Part shown: piece after piece, positions 13,640 through 26,094 of the stretch
Numbering within the stretch: the stretch's first letter is position 1
Layout: each line of letters starts with the position of its first letter
Origin: Octopus sinensis
Lineage: Eukaryota
DNA: 64,000 nt
Assembly (NCBI RefSeq): GCF_006345805.1
Contig: NC_043000.1
Location: 22,010,001-22,074,000 of the forward strand
Reading direction: 5' to 3'
The notes under the pieces: generated by a model
Told to the model about the DNA's origin: nothing
The model's database searches: none
The model's input: the letters and a program-made list of their open reading frames with translations, nothing else
Program-made: the position numbers and the translations under genes

Positions 13640-14420
13640 TTATAAACACGAAAATATCAATTAATTAGACCTTACAGTTAATGCTAGAACCGGCCCAACA
13701 AAGAGGAGGAGCTCTTTGGTGAAATAAGGTAAATATGCTGAGTTATCGATAATTAGATTCCGCCCATCGAATTTGTCAATCGGAGAAAATATATTAACCA
13801 AGATTGTTTTATACCAACTTTTTTAATGAAAATCATTTTATATTTCAATACTTCTTTAACGAAACAATTCTTTTGTTTTTATTTTTTTTAAATCACATGC
13901 TATTCTAATTTTTTTAATTTTTTTCATCTTTCTAATTCTGGTACCCCCGGCGTGATTTGAACCCAGAAAGCCAACTAATTTATATTCTATTTTGTATATA
14001 TAAAACTTATACAAGGATCCGCTCGCTTGCTCTCTCTTTCTCTCAAGAAATTGGGAAAAAATTACTCTGATGGCTAAACTTTTTACAGGAGATTTAAGAA
14101 TATAACTAAAATGGATTTGCGTGGAATGGAAATCGAAACCGGTTCGCAAACTCGAATTGCGCGAAGTTTGCATCACGTTTAACGCACTCACTGCATAATA
14201 TTAAATAAATAGCTACGTCTAACATGTCTAATGCTTGTGAAAGAGTGGGAATAAGGAAGTGGACAACAATGACATAGCTGGAAATAAATGGAAAGAAACG
14301 GTTAGGTTTTAGAGAAGCGAATTGATTGCAGAATGGGAATTTGAAACAATGATGCTGTGACAAATTACTGGCGAGTTGGTGACGTGGTTTTGGCTCCCAA
14401 CTAAAATGTCTTTATTTATT
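13640..14420. promoter_or_regulatory. CpG-retaining unique region upstream of the PYCR start codon, probable promoter or 5'UTR
   Basis: Many CpGs in non-repetitive sequence, unlike the CpG-poor flanks; directly 5' of the ATG. Confidence 0.4.
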
Positions 14421-16004
14421 AGGTCCCTCGGGAAAGCATTAATATAATAATATTCAATTTCTCTTCTTTTTTATTCTAAACCCTCGGACTTCAGTGAAAA
14501 ATAGTGTATGCGTGCGCGTATTATATATATATATATCGTTAAAGTTAAAAGGGTTAAGCTAAAGTTCTTTGTGACAAAGTTTTTTTTTTAATATGTAATC
14601 TCATCACTATCGTTCGATCTTCTAGCAATAGCAGCTAAATCTCCCTGTAATCACACTACAGCGATTCTCGAATGGTGCACCACGGCGCAAGGCGTTCGTA
14701 TACTTTCGCACCATAAAATGTATAATTTTAACGGGGGACATAGCTGCTGTTTCTAGCATATTGGATAGCATCAGCAAATATTTATTAATGTAAGGTGTGT
14801 GTGTGTGTGTTTTCCTGTATGAGTTTTTTCTTTTTTTTTTATTCTTTCCGAATTTCTCATCAGTGAAGAAAAGAATGGATTTCTAGTCTAGAAAAAATGC
14901 TCTTTCACTGGAATATTATGCTTACATTCTATTAAAGTTTTGACAGGAGTATCGCATAAGTATTCATTCGTATTAAGTGTGCGTGTGCCCTCCACATCAT
15001 TGTAGCTTTTTATAGTGTCCTCCTGATTCTCTTCCTAAATAATGTTCTAATCACGGCATCAAGTCTAATATGTAGTTAATAACACGATGACATTTTCGGC
15101 CTCTTACATTCTGGTATGGGTAACATCCGCAATGTTAATTCCAAAAACTCGACGAAAGTGTATGAGCTACCGGCACAAGGAGTACGTAGGACTTTTTAAA
15201 AATATAATCTAAGGTTGTCCAAAACATGCATGTTTTTTAAAATATGATTTACAATAGAAAATATCTTTCTTTTCTTTCTTTCTCTTTTCCACTTCTTTTT
15301 TCTTTCTTCGCTCATGTTTGTGTCTTTTTCGGTTTGATTTGTATTTTAATGTGGTTCTGTAGTATAGATGTATCTGATTCTATTAAATGCTTTCAACTGC
15401 AAAAATCCAAACTAATATACAAGCGTCTTGAAAGACCATGCGAGGTGCACCAGTGATGTTTTACTTCATATCCAATGTAGCACTAAGTCTAAAAAGTAGT
15501 TAAAAACCGCTGGCTCACATCTGGATAATATAATATATATCTTGTGATATTAGTCCTGGCTCTTTACGATCTAATTTCAAGTCCTCACGAGGTCAATTTT
15601 GCCTTTCATCCTTCGGTAATCGATAAAAGGAAATACCAGTCAAGTACTAGGGTAGATATAAACGACTTATTACAATGCCGCAGTTTACAACGATTAACCA
15701 ACCATTCCACCTTGTGGTACTTACGGCTAGGTTGACTGTGTTGTTAAGAATTGTCATTCATACGGCTTAGTTAGAGGTGATCCTGTAATGCCGATAATCG
15801 CTTTCAGGGCCAGAAAGGCTGGAGGGAAAACTGGAGGAAGAGAGATCATTCTCAAACTGAAGTCCTAGTTCAAGTTTTTACAACAGTGTATAACTTGTAG
15901 TTCGGTTATAATTTACTAATTGTTAATAATTGAAAATGTTATTGTAGTAATAATAACTTTTAAACTTTAAAAATTACGAAGTAGTGAATTGCCAAGATTC
16001 AAAT

Positions 16005-16198
16005 TTTGACACAAGGCCAGTAATTTATAGGGGAGGGGAAATTGACTCTAGTGCTTAACCTATACGTATTTCATTGACTCCGAAAGGAAGAATATCAAAG
16101 TCAACCCTGGAGAAATTTGAACACGGAACGTAAAGCCGGGAAAAAATGCCGCTAAGCATTTTTCCGGCGTGCTAATGATTCTGCCAACTCACTGCCTC
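16005..16198 (-). mobile_element. SINE family B
   Basis: Homology. Confidence 0.8.
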
Positions 16199-17299
16199 CT
16201 GCCTGCATTTAACCCTGAAAAGTAGTGAAAATGGTACTTGTAAGCTAATTCTCGCAACTGTGTGTTGGTTTATATTGTAAGTAAAACTATTTTCGACTTG
16301 CAACAAGCTTACTTCTTAAACTCCGAAGCTTAATGAGTTGATTCCCAATGTTTTATGTAGCTTCCTTTTATGCTTGTTACGATGTTCAACCCCTATGAAA
16401 AACTCACCCAGATCGAGCGAACCTTGATGAGAGACATATTATTCTATCCGTCACCATATCAGATATGAACTACCATTTAAAAAACACAGTTTGTCTGTCA
16501 CAATGCTACCCTTTGAGGGCCCAAAGAAGTTGACTTTGACCTTGATAACAGCGTAAACAACTTAACCTTAATTTCAATTCTGTTATTTCAGAGTTGTATT
16601 GTAAAGGATTAATGAATTCTGAATTATGTTAGACATTATAAGGAACTATTCTGTATAGAAAATTGTGGCGGGCCCACTGTCGAGATTTGAAATATTCCAT
16701 AAATTCTACGGACTCCTCAGATTATTTGATAATGATGTTGTTGAAAAAAAAAAACATTTTATTTTCTATTGGCAATGTTTTGTGATGTTTGGTAATAAAT
16801 TTTATTTCGTAATTCCCTATAATTATGTTATTGGGTTTCGAATTAAGAGCATAGATTTGTTAGTGGGTACTTATAACTTTTAGAGGCCTTTGCGGTACAA
16901 TATAAAGCTAGGCAGGGTCAAATTGAACTGACAGAAGTAGAATAACAACTTCAGCTTTGAACTTTAACTCGATGACTTTCATTTGCAGAGAGATATTCTA
17001 TGTATTTTAACCTAATGTTTTTCAAGATGGGGTGTTGTGTTGTTTTGCTGAGGCGTGGGACTCCGGAAATGGGCGTAGGTAAGTAACAAGTGAATAAAAA
17101 TTGTAATATAAACTTTTCCCGTCATGATGGGACGTACTTTTGAGATGGAAGGGGCGGAATCTAAGTGCGGAGTGGAACAAAAGTGGTTGAGAAATACTTG
17201 TCTAGAATGATGGTCGCTCCCTTCGATTTCGACGTATGAGTGTTTGAAAGAGAGGATTTAAAGTGAAAAAAAAAGGGGTGGGGTACTTTTAAAAAGGAA

Positions 17300-18425
17300 A
17301 TAACAAAAGAAGTTATGTCTATTTGCGATGGATGCATAAATGTAATTTGAGTCCAAGGATGGATTTTGTTATGAAGTCACAATGAGGACACTGATGATTT
17401 TGATTGGGCAAATGTGTCAGTTGATGGCAGGATATAATTCTTTTATTGTTCGTTTTCTTAAACTGTAATTGTTTTGATGCATCATGACACATTTTATGCC
17501 ATGCAGATCTATCTAGGCAATGACATTCCCCAGATGTCAAGTTAAGCTGTACAGATTTTAGCGATTGCTTCAACTTATCTTTATACCTAAGGGCGGGTCT
17601 TCCTTTATCGCGATATCCCACTACTTATTGGCCATACAAAAGAATTTTTGGAATACGGTCATCTTTCATTCGAACATGCCCTACCCATCTGCTCTGAATT
17701 TTCAGCGTTTTTCTAAGATTTTAACATTTGATATCTTATCCTGCCATTTTATGTTGCGCAGACAGCACTTGTGAAAGATTTCCAGTTTCTTTATATGTCT
17801 GTAGTAAGGAGTCCATACTTCCGACCCATACAAAAGTGTGCCCAAAATAGAAGATTTGTATATACTTATATTAATTTTCAGACTGACACTGTATTCATCC
17901 CACAAGCGATGGGAAAGTTTTCCAAAAGCACTTGTAACCTTAGATATTCAAACGCTGATTTTGTCATCAAGAGTACCCTTAAAGTTTACTATACTTCCAA
18001 GATATTTAAATGACCTGGCCCATTTGAGTGGCTTGTTGTCCTGTGAGTCTGTTCTGCACCAGGCTTTAGTTGGAATAAAACTTCAGTCTTCTTGATGCTG
18101 ATAGTCAGTCCAAATGCATAGGCTGCCGTAGTAAACTTGTCGATCATTTCCTGAATTCCCTTAAATGTATGAGAAATCAGGGCGCAATCATCAACAAATC
18201 TCTTCTTTGGTCTGAAACTATACTCTTCCAGGCTTAGTAGACCTCCTCCTGAGCGAAACTGGAATTTTACACCTTCATGGCAATCCCTGAAAGCATGTTG
18301 GAGCATCATTGAAAATAATATGGGAAAAAGTACAGGAACTAAAACACAGCCCTGTCTAGTTCCAGTATGACAACAGAGAATGCCTCTGAACATTGACTAC
18401 TAGCCATCACTGTTGCCATCGTTCT
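17300..18425 (-). mobile_element. RTE (BovB-like) LINE, decayed, with C-terminal C2H2-like finger
   Basis: GTRQGCVLVPVLF, FVDDCAL, FGLTISIKKTEV, LLYGSEVW, GRPALRYKD, CPHC..LHLCIH across frameshifts. Confidence 0.9.
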
Positions 18426-19034
18426 TCAAGGAGCAGCTGGTTTGTGACGTGTGGATGTGACAAACCTCTCGATTCCGAAAGTTATCGTGGATTGTCATGT
18501 CGACTGAATGCGGGTCACTTCGTTAGTCCCACTGAGATAAATTTAATTATAAACGGGCCCTTGACAGAGTAAATATCCTTTAACCAGTGGGATTGTACAA
18601 GAATGATGGGAAACAGCTGAATGAGTTTACTCTTGGACTAAACGTACATAAGACGTCACATAGTAATTCTTTCACTCTATCATGCATTTTTAAATTCTGT
18701 GACAGAGGTGGGGCTACTGTGTTCATAGCTGAACGGAATGACACTGAAATATTGCAATTTGCTGGTGATTCTTCCCCTCACCCCAATCTGTGACATTTAA
18801 GACGATGGCGAATAAGTGTGTCGGCTGCTAACAACAAAGTTGTTATAATTGCCAGCGTTTCGTCTTAAGTGATGTTTGTAAGAATGCTTGGCTGTTCCAG
18901 TTCTCAGCCTTTCCTTGAAATTTTTTTTAAGGAAATACCCAATATTTCTTGTAATAGTTGTATAATTGAAGAAAAATGCCTATTTGATTCAATTTTATTA
19001 TTTTTGTTCATTGTTCATAAATTATATTCTAAAA

Positions 19035-19381
19035 CAGTGGTTCCCAACGCGGATCCATAGGCCCCAAAGGGGCGATATAAGACTTTTGGGCTCCACACAA
19101 CAAAATAGTAAATTGGGCATCCACAATAGTATTTTAAGGGTCCCTGAAAGAATTTTGCTTGAGATGTGTGTATTGGTATGTATTGCAAGAAACAGCTGGG
19201 TTTCTTTCTCTAACATTTTGTACAGTTCAACCTGCACAAGTTAATGTATGAAAAACAAAATAATAGTTTCAAAAGAAGTATCTTTAGGGCTAGTTTTTAA
19301 ACATTGAATGGATATGGGGGTTCCCCAGAATAAAATAATAATCAAAGGGGTCCATAGATCACAAATGGTTGAGAATCCCTG
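19035..19381. mobile_element. hAT-like MITE
   Basis: CAGTGGTTCCCAAC / GTTGAGAATCCCTG; 8-bp TSD ttctaaaa / ttctaaat. Confidence 0.8.
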
Positions 19382-19699
19382 TTCTAAATGAATAATTAAA
19401 GGAAAATCAAAAAAAGACTTCCACTCAGTTATTATAGCATAATTCGGTGTAGAGAGATTTATGTCCACCTCATGAGATTTCCTTTTTTCAAGATGGTCGC
19501 AATCCAATAACTGAAGCAAGTAAAAGATACATATGCAACATGTAAAACTCGGGGAAATTTATTTACCTCAAAGTAAACTTATATTATAAAAATTGAACCT
19601 TCAAATTTTGCATAAATATCTATTTTGGAATTATTTAATAATTTTATTATTTATTTCTTATACAAACATTTGTTTTTAAATTAATCTAATTTAAAATAT

Positions 19700-19963
19700 A
19701 TCATCTTTTGCTTTTGGATTTGGTTTGCAAGATTCTTTATATGAGTTCGTGTGTTGAAGCATATTCTGTTGTGTCTGGGAGAGTAATTTTCTTTTTGTGC
19801 CTTATAATGTAACACACTCACCGGTAATATTTCCACTTATTTATTTTTATTTTTCTAAAACGAAAATTTTAGGAAAATAAGAAATAAGTGGAAATTTTAT
19901 CGGTGAGTGTGTTACATTATAAGGCACAAAAAGAAAATGACTCTCCCAGACACAACAGAATAT
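19700..19963. mobile_element. Long palindromic (foldback/MITE) element, copy 2
   Basis: Arms 19761-19855 and 19870-19963; same family as 10472-10760, with the left arm extended. Confidence 0.85.
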
Positions 19964-20061
19964 CATCTTTATCTTTTACTTGTTTCAATCATTGGAATGC
20001 GACCATACTGGGTTACCACCTTGGTGGGTTTAGTCAAACACATCAATCCTATACTCTGTCT

Positions 20062-21968
20062 TTTACTCTTTTACTTGTTTCAGTCGTTTGACTGCGGCCA
20101 TACTGGAGCACCGCTTTTAGTCGAGCAAATCGATCCTAGGACTTATTCTTTGTAAGCCTAGTACTTCTTTGTAAGCTGCGACGTCACCTTCAAAATAAGC
20201 GCAACTATGCCTCCCCTGGTCTCGATGGAGTTACATACCTGCTTCTCAAACGTGGCAGGTACTTCCTTTTACACCAGCTTTCTATTTTCTTCCAGTACTG
20301 TCTCAACAATGGTGCTACTCCGGAGCAGTGGAAAACTGCCAGTGTCATTCCTCTGTTCAAAAAGGGCGACCGCACATCACCTGTCAACTATCGCCCAGTC
20401 AGTCTCACTAGCTGTATTGCAAAACTGATGGAATCGTGTATCAGAGAAACACTCTGGAACTTCTGGAGCTCTCACAGTCTCATCCGACCCTCACAATATG
20501 GATTTGTCCCTAACTCCAGCTGCAGTGATCAGCTTGTCGAGTTCCTTGAGGACATTACTCAGATCACTGACAGTGGCTCATGGGTGGATGTTGTCTACCT
20601 TTACTTTGCTAAGGCTTTCAACTCTGTGCCACACAAAAGGCTTATGGTGAAACTCTCTGCAATGGGTGTGAGGGATGACCTTTTTAACTGGTTGAAATCC
20701 TTCATCCTCAGCCGAAAGGAGGTAGTCACAGTTCTAGGACAGCACTCTACACCATATGAGATGTCATCGGGTGTACCACAGGGATCTGTCCTTGGTCCCC
20801 TCTTGTTTGTGGCATACATTAATGACATAGATGCCAATTTAAAGAATGCCACAGTATTGAAATATGCAGATGACATCAAGCTGTACCTTGAAATCAAGAG
20901 GACAGATCCTGATGTCTACAACTCTTTCCTGCAATCAGACCTAGACACAATGCAGCAATGGATCACAGACTGGCAACTGAAACTGGCTGTGGACAAGTGT
21001 ACCACCATGCATTTTGGGAGAAAAGACCCTGCGTCCACATACTCCCTCCACAACACTGATATCAAGAAATCCTCTTGCGAGCGTGACCTAGGCATCACTG
21101 TCAGCAGTGATTTGCGTTGGACAAAGCATATCTCTAAAATTGTCAAGAAGGCCGAGGGTGTCTTGGCATCACTCAGCAAGACTTTTGTTAGCCGCTCTCC
21201 AGCCATCTATTTAAAACTGTATACAGCTATGGTACGACCACACTTGGAATTCGCATCATCAGTTTGGAACCCCTATCTTGCTCAGAACATTGACCTCCTG
21301 GAATCTGTCCAGAGACGTGCAACCAAACGCATACCCTCCATCAGACACCTACCATATTCTGAGCGCCTTGTTTCCCTGGGCATGGATTCACTGAAGCTAT
21401 CGCGTCTGGCGACGGACTTGGTAAACACCCACAAAGTTATCAACCACCTCACCAACAACAACACTGAACACCTTTTTGATCTCCATGTATCTAACACACG
21501 TGGACATGCCTACAAAGTCAGAAAACAACACAGCTCCCATGACTTTCGGAAACATTTTTTCACGCTCAGAGTTGCTGAAGCATGGAATAAACTGCCTGCG
21601 TCAGTTGTTGACTGCCATGACACTGCATCCTTTAAGGCCCTCATGCTTTCCGAAATCCGCCGAAACTACACCTGATTATATATACACTTTAGATGAGTTG
21701 TAGTGCACCTGAGCACTGTACACAATTATTATTATTATTATTATTATTATTACTTATTCTATCGGTCTCTTTTGTTAAGTTACGGGAACGTAAACACACC
21801 AGCATCAGGGGAACAAACATACACACAAACATATGCACACACATACGTATATATACATATATACGACGGGCTTCTTTCAGTTTCGGCCCGAGGTGTCACG
21901 TAATGGGACTGAACCCGGAACCATGTGATTGGTAAGCAAGCTACTTACCACACAGCCACTCCTGCGCC
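20062..21968 (-). mobile_element. SINE family A split by the CR1 LINE
   Basis: Halves 20062-20166 and 21752-21968 join into one SINE. Confidence 0.88.
20177..21750 (+). mobile_element. 5'-truncated CR1-clade LINE, RT domain nearly intact, (ATT)n tail
   Basis: ORFs 20207-20428 and 20428-21675 (frameshift): QYGF, FAKAF, GVPQGSVLGPLLF, YADD, YTAMVRPHLEFA, RGHAYKV..FFTLRV..WNKLP; inserted inside a SINE. Confidence 0.93.
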
Positions 21969-22104
21969 TATGAATTATTTTTTAAAAGGCTGGTACTTAT
22001 TCAATCAGTTTCTTTTGCCGGACCACTAAGTTACTGAAATGTAAGCAAATTAATACGGGTTGTCAAACGGCAATGGGGGCAAACACATAAACACTCACAC
22101 ACAC

Positions 22105-22383
22105 ACATGCGTGCGTACATACATATTCTAAAACAGTACGTACGTACGTACATACATACATACATACGTACGTACGTACGTACGTACGTACGTTCTGGTT
22201 TCAGTCATTGGACTGCAGTCAACGTACATACATACATACATACATACATACATACATACATACATACATACATACATACATACATACATACATACATACA
22301 TACATACATACATACATACATACATACATACATACATACATACATACATACATGTATGTATGTATGTATGTATGTATGTATGT
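22105..22383. repeat. Compound (TACA)n/(TACG)n/(TGTA)n microsatellite
   Basis: Direct inspection; source of the YIHT/MYVC ORFs. Confidence 0.97.
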
Positions 22384-22976
22384 TTCCTCGCAGATACCAT
22401 CTACCAAATATTGATGATAATTGGAACAAGTGATTATTTTTAAAAGAAAGCTGGTGAATAATTTCGATCCTTAGATTATTCTTTAGGCTACGAAAGTAGT
22501 AACTTTCAATTGTATTCATTTGAAATAGTAATGCATGAGTTTTAAATGGGAAAGTCTTTATACAAAATATAAAACACGCCTGCCAATTGATTTCATACAA
22601 CAAAACAAATTTTAATATTAAAAGTCAGTGTAATTTAAGTGGTTCTGAAACGCTTTTACTTCGAATTTTATTTTCTTACCGAATTTTCATCGTATCTACA
22701 TGAAACGATGTAAATACATGTATAGACTGCGTACAATCGGATCTTTTCAAAAGATCCGTACAATCTTGCAAAGAAAAAGTTTTAATTGTATTCGTTATCT
22801 ATGTCACGACTATTGTTGTTATAGTATGTAATCGACTGGAATTATGATTTACGAGTAACATTAATAATAAAAAAAAAAGAAAAAGAAAAAAGAAAGAAAG
22901 AAAAGCATTGATAAGGATTCTGTATCGTCTGATATTTGAAGCGGTACATAGGATGTGATATAATGAACAACTGCAG

Positions 22977-23020
22977 TGAGTCAGACAAACCCTAGTGACG
23001 TCACTGGCGGCGACGGAAAT
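22977..23020. promoter_or_regulatory. AP-1, CRE and ETS-like motif cluster
   Basis: TGAGTCA 22977-22983; palindrome AGTGACGTCACT 22994-23005; CGGAAAT about 23014-23020; surrounding unique DNA retains CpG. Confidence 0.4.
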
Positions 23021-24059
23021 TATTGTGGAATTTTTGTGCAAGTGTCAAGAAAATTTTGAAATTCAAATAACTACAATGGAAAGCACCAGCAATAGGGGCG
23101 GCACTTTTTTAAAGGAGCACCACTTTTGGATCCCCCTATCCGAATGGCAGCAACACCGTTTGGCAGACTAAACTCACGAACTCCGTGGCTTTCCCTGTGA
23201 AATACTTTTACCCTGCACCAACAGTAATATCTGTGGAGGTGCAATGGCCCAGTGGTTAGGACAGCGGACTCAAGGTCGTAAGAACGCGGTTTCGATTCCC
23301 AGTCCGGGCATTGTGAGTGTTTATTGAACAAAAACACCTAAGATCCACGAGGCTCCAGCAAGGGATGGTGGTGAACCCCACTGTACCCTTTCACTACAAC
23401 TTTCTCTTATTCTTTCTTCCTACCTCTTCCACAAATCAGAGGAACCATGGTGTAACCCACTATGGTGTGGTAAACTTTCAGACCCTAGTCTAGATTGCGA
23501 ATCCTCTGTACCCCAGGATGGTCTAGCTCTCCACCCATTAAAAGCCACCGTTTACGGAATGAGGATAACAACGTAGCTTTCACGCCCATGCAACTGCCAG
23601 TCTATTACGTGTGGCGGGTGGGTCTTCAAGTTGCCACATGCATTCTTAGTAGCTTAGAGTGGGCTCGAATTAGAGATTATTCTTTGTTGCTAATGGCATG
23701 AGTCCTGATTGGAAGAAGAAGAAGACAGTAACATCTCTAGACTAACCCATCAGATAGTTTCGTACAATTCCATAGCCAAATATTTCATTATATTTTACTG
23801 TACATCAACATTACCGAGGTAAGCTACTGTCTGCAGGCCTTAATTCTTTACAACCTATGTTCTATCTCCCCGAATGCAGCAGGTGGGCAAGTGTAAATGA
23901 AGTTTCTGCAAGAAATGGGTGTTAAGAACTAGAGCAAGGTCCTTAGAGCTAAGACTCGGAAGTAGAGGGTTAGACACTTTAAATCTCCATCCTCACCATT
24001 AGTGAACAGAGAAAGGAACGCCACCCACTGGTGCATCCAACATTTCTATCACTTTAAGT

Positions 24060-24785
24060 GTATGTTTCTGGTTTCAGTCATTGGACTGCAGTCAAGCTGA
24101 GGCACTGCCTTCATGGATTCAGTCAGGCAAATCGCCTCAGAACTTATTCTGATAGCTTTTTTGCCAAACTGGTTTGTGTGAGACAAAGACACACATACAG
24201 AGATACATACATCTTTATATATAAAAGTGAAGTTGTGTGTCTGTCTCCTACGATTTAGATTCCTAACTACTCCCACATTTTGCGGTGCAGTTTAACCAAA
24301 ACCGGGTATCTTATAGTCGTGATTCATATCGAGCCCTTCTGGGTATTAGTGTGCGTCTACGATGAGTCTATGATTTTAAAAAAATTTACCATAATCTTTT
24401 TCTATTTTAATGCATTTTTTCGCTATTATATAAGGGAAGTAACTCTCTAAAAATGTCTACGATGAGTCAACGATTTAAAAAAAAATTTACCATAATTTTT
24501 TTTCCATTTTTAATGCATTTTTTTGCTATTTTTTGGCTATAACTCTCTAAAAATGGTTATATAGTTATTTCCCTTACAAACCCGAGCAACGCCAGGTGAT
24601 ACTGCTAGTTATATATATATATATATATATTTTATACATATGTATACACGACAGGCTTCTCTCAGTTTCTGTCAACCAAATCCACTCAAAAGGCTTTGGT
24701 CATTCCAGGGTTATAGTAGAAGACACTTGCCCAACATGTAGCATAGTGAGACTGAACCCAGGACTACATGGTTTGTAAGCAAATA
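24060..24785 (-). mobile_element. SINE family A split by the Helitron
   Basis: Tail at 24060-24210, microsatellite and head at 24610-24785. Confidence 0.75.
24212..24608 (+). mobile_element. Non-autonomous Helitron
   Basis: A|TC 5' end (tctttatatataaaa), 3' cccgagcaacgccagg hairpin then CTAG|T, no TSD, internal ~100-bp tandem duplication. Confidence 0.85.
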
Positions 24786-25446
24786 TATGGGGTGGGGGTG
24801 CAAAATGAGATGTTTTCACTGCATTTTTGACTTTGAGAGCGAAAATATATTTTTTAAATGTTCACTACCTTACAAAAACTATTATATCAGCTAAACAGAT
24901 GGCCTTCCCTAAATGCTTTTAAAACATTATTGCATAATCTGATCACTATTTCAGAAAATTTTGCCATTCTCTTTGAGCATATAAAAGACAAATTTGGCCG
25001 CGGGAAAATGAGTAAGACAAGATAAGGTAAATCTGTGGCTACAGTTCTCCAAAAAACAAACTCATACAGAACAATATACATTCCTAGAAAAGAAATTTTA
25101 AATATCTTGGTCAAATGAAAGAGGCTCAGGGGAAAATGGGAACATGGTATGAAACCAATGAAACTCAACTAAATAAAAAGGAACTCAAAATAGAATATTC
25201 TCTATAGCTTCACAATCTGCTGGAGTGTCCACTTCATGATATACTTACACACTATGTAGTTAAAGGGAAAAAATTATTTAAATTCGTCAGTACTCATTTT
25301 ACCCCATTTTAGACATTTTTTTTTTTTGAAACTTGAAAATGATCAAATTAAACATCAGTGTGTGAAAAAAATTGACTTGGAATCCAACAGAGAAAACATA
25401 TTGATTGTTAAAACACCAAAAATTATCCAACTTCAATTATAATTGA

Positions 25447-25762
25447 AGGAGTGGTTGTGTAGTAAGTAGCTTGCTTACCAACCACATGGTTCCAGGTTCA
25501 GTCTCATTGCGTGGCACCTTAGGCAAGTGTCTTCAACTATAGCCTTGGGCCGACCAAAGCCTTGTGAGTGGATTTGGTAGACGGAAACTGAAAGAAGCCC
25601 ATCGTATATATGTATATATACATATGTGTGTGTCTGTTTGTCCCCCCCCCCAACATCGCTTGACAACCGATGCTGGTGAATAAGTCCTGGGGTTGATTTG
25701 CTCGACTAAAGGCGGTGCTCCAGCATGGCCACAGTCAAATGACTGAAACAAGTAAAAGAGTA
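25447..25762 (+). mobile_element. SINE family A (internal deletion)
   Basis: Homology; lacks the segment between gatgctggtg and aataagtcc. Confidence 0.88.
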
Positions 25763-26094
25763 ACCTACCACCTGACTATGCTGACCAATTCTCAGTCCTA
25801 AACATAATGCAACTGCACAAAATGATGATGCAATACTTGCAATGAAATAGTTCCAAACAGATAAGGAAAAATAATGAGAAATCAGGAGTTACTCATTTTG
25901 CCCCGCTTACTAATTTTGCTTTCCCCCCCCCCACCGCCATGTATGTATGTATGTAACATGTTGCTTCACTGCATCAAGATCATGTTATAATTGCTTACTG
26001 CCTGCCTTTAGTACATGCCTACAACACATGCTTGATATGGATACTTATGTGTGTGTAGGCTGCAGCATAGTTACAGTTCACTAGTTCGATCTAT

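Noticed and set aside
13627-13675. 49-nt GT-AG intron in the PYCR 5'UTR
   Set aside because: Unusually short; the acceptor may be real but is more plausibly paired with a distant donor
22107-22603. ORFs of YIHT/MYVC repeats, and similar IYIY ORFs at 2824, 26491, 28538, 38271 and 60606
   Set aside because: Translations of microsatellites and SINE bodies, not genes
23560-23730. GC-rich stem-forming segment before a (GAA)n tail as an HDV-like ribozyme
   Set aside because: Stems can be drawn but I could not fit the nested double pseudoknot; probably a retroelement 3' end
24794-25904. Possible TIRs ggggtgcaaaatgag / ctcattttgcccc of a DNA transposon
   Set aside because: Short, imperfect, two alternative right ends and no recognisable transposase; left unannotated
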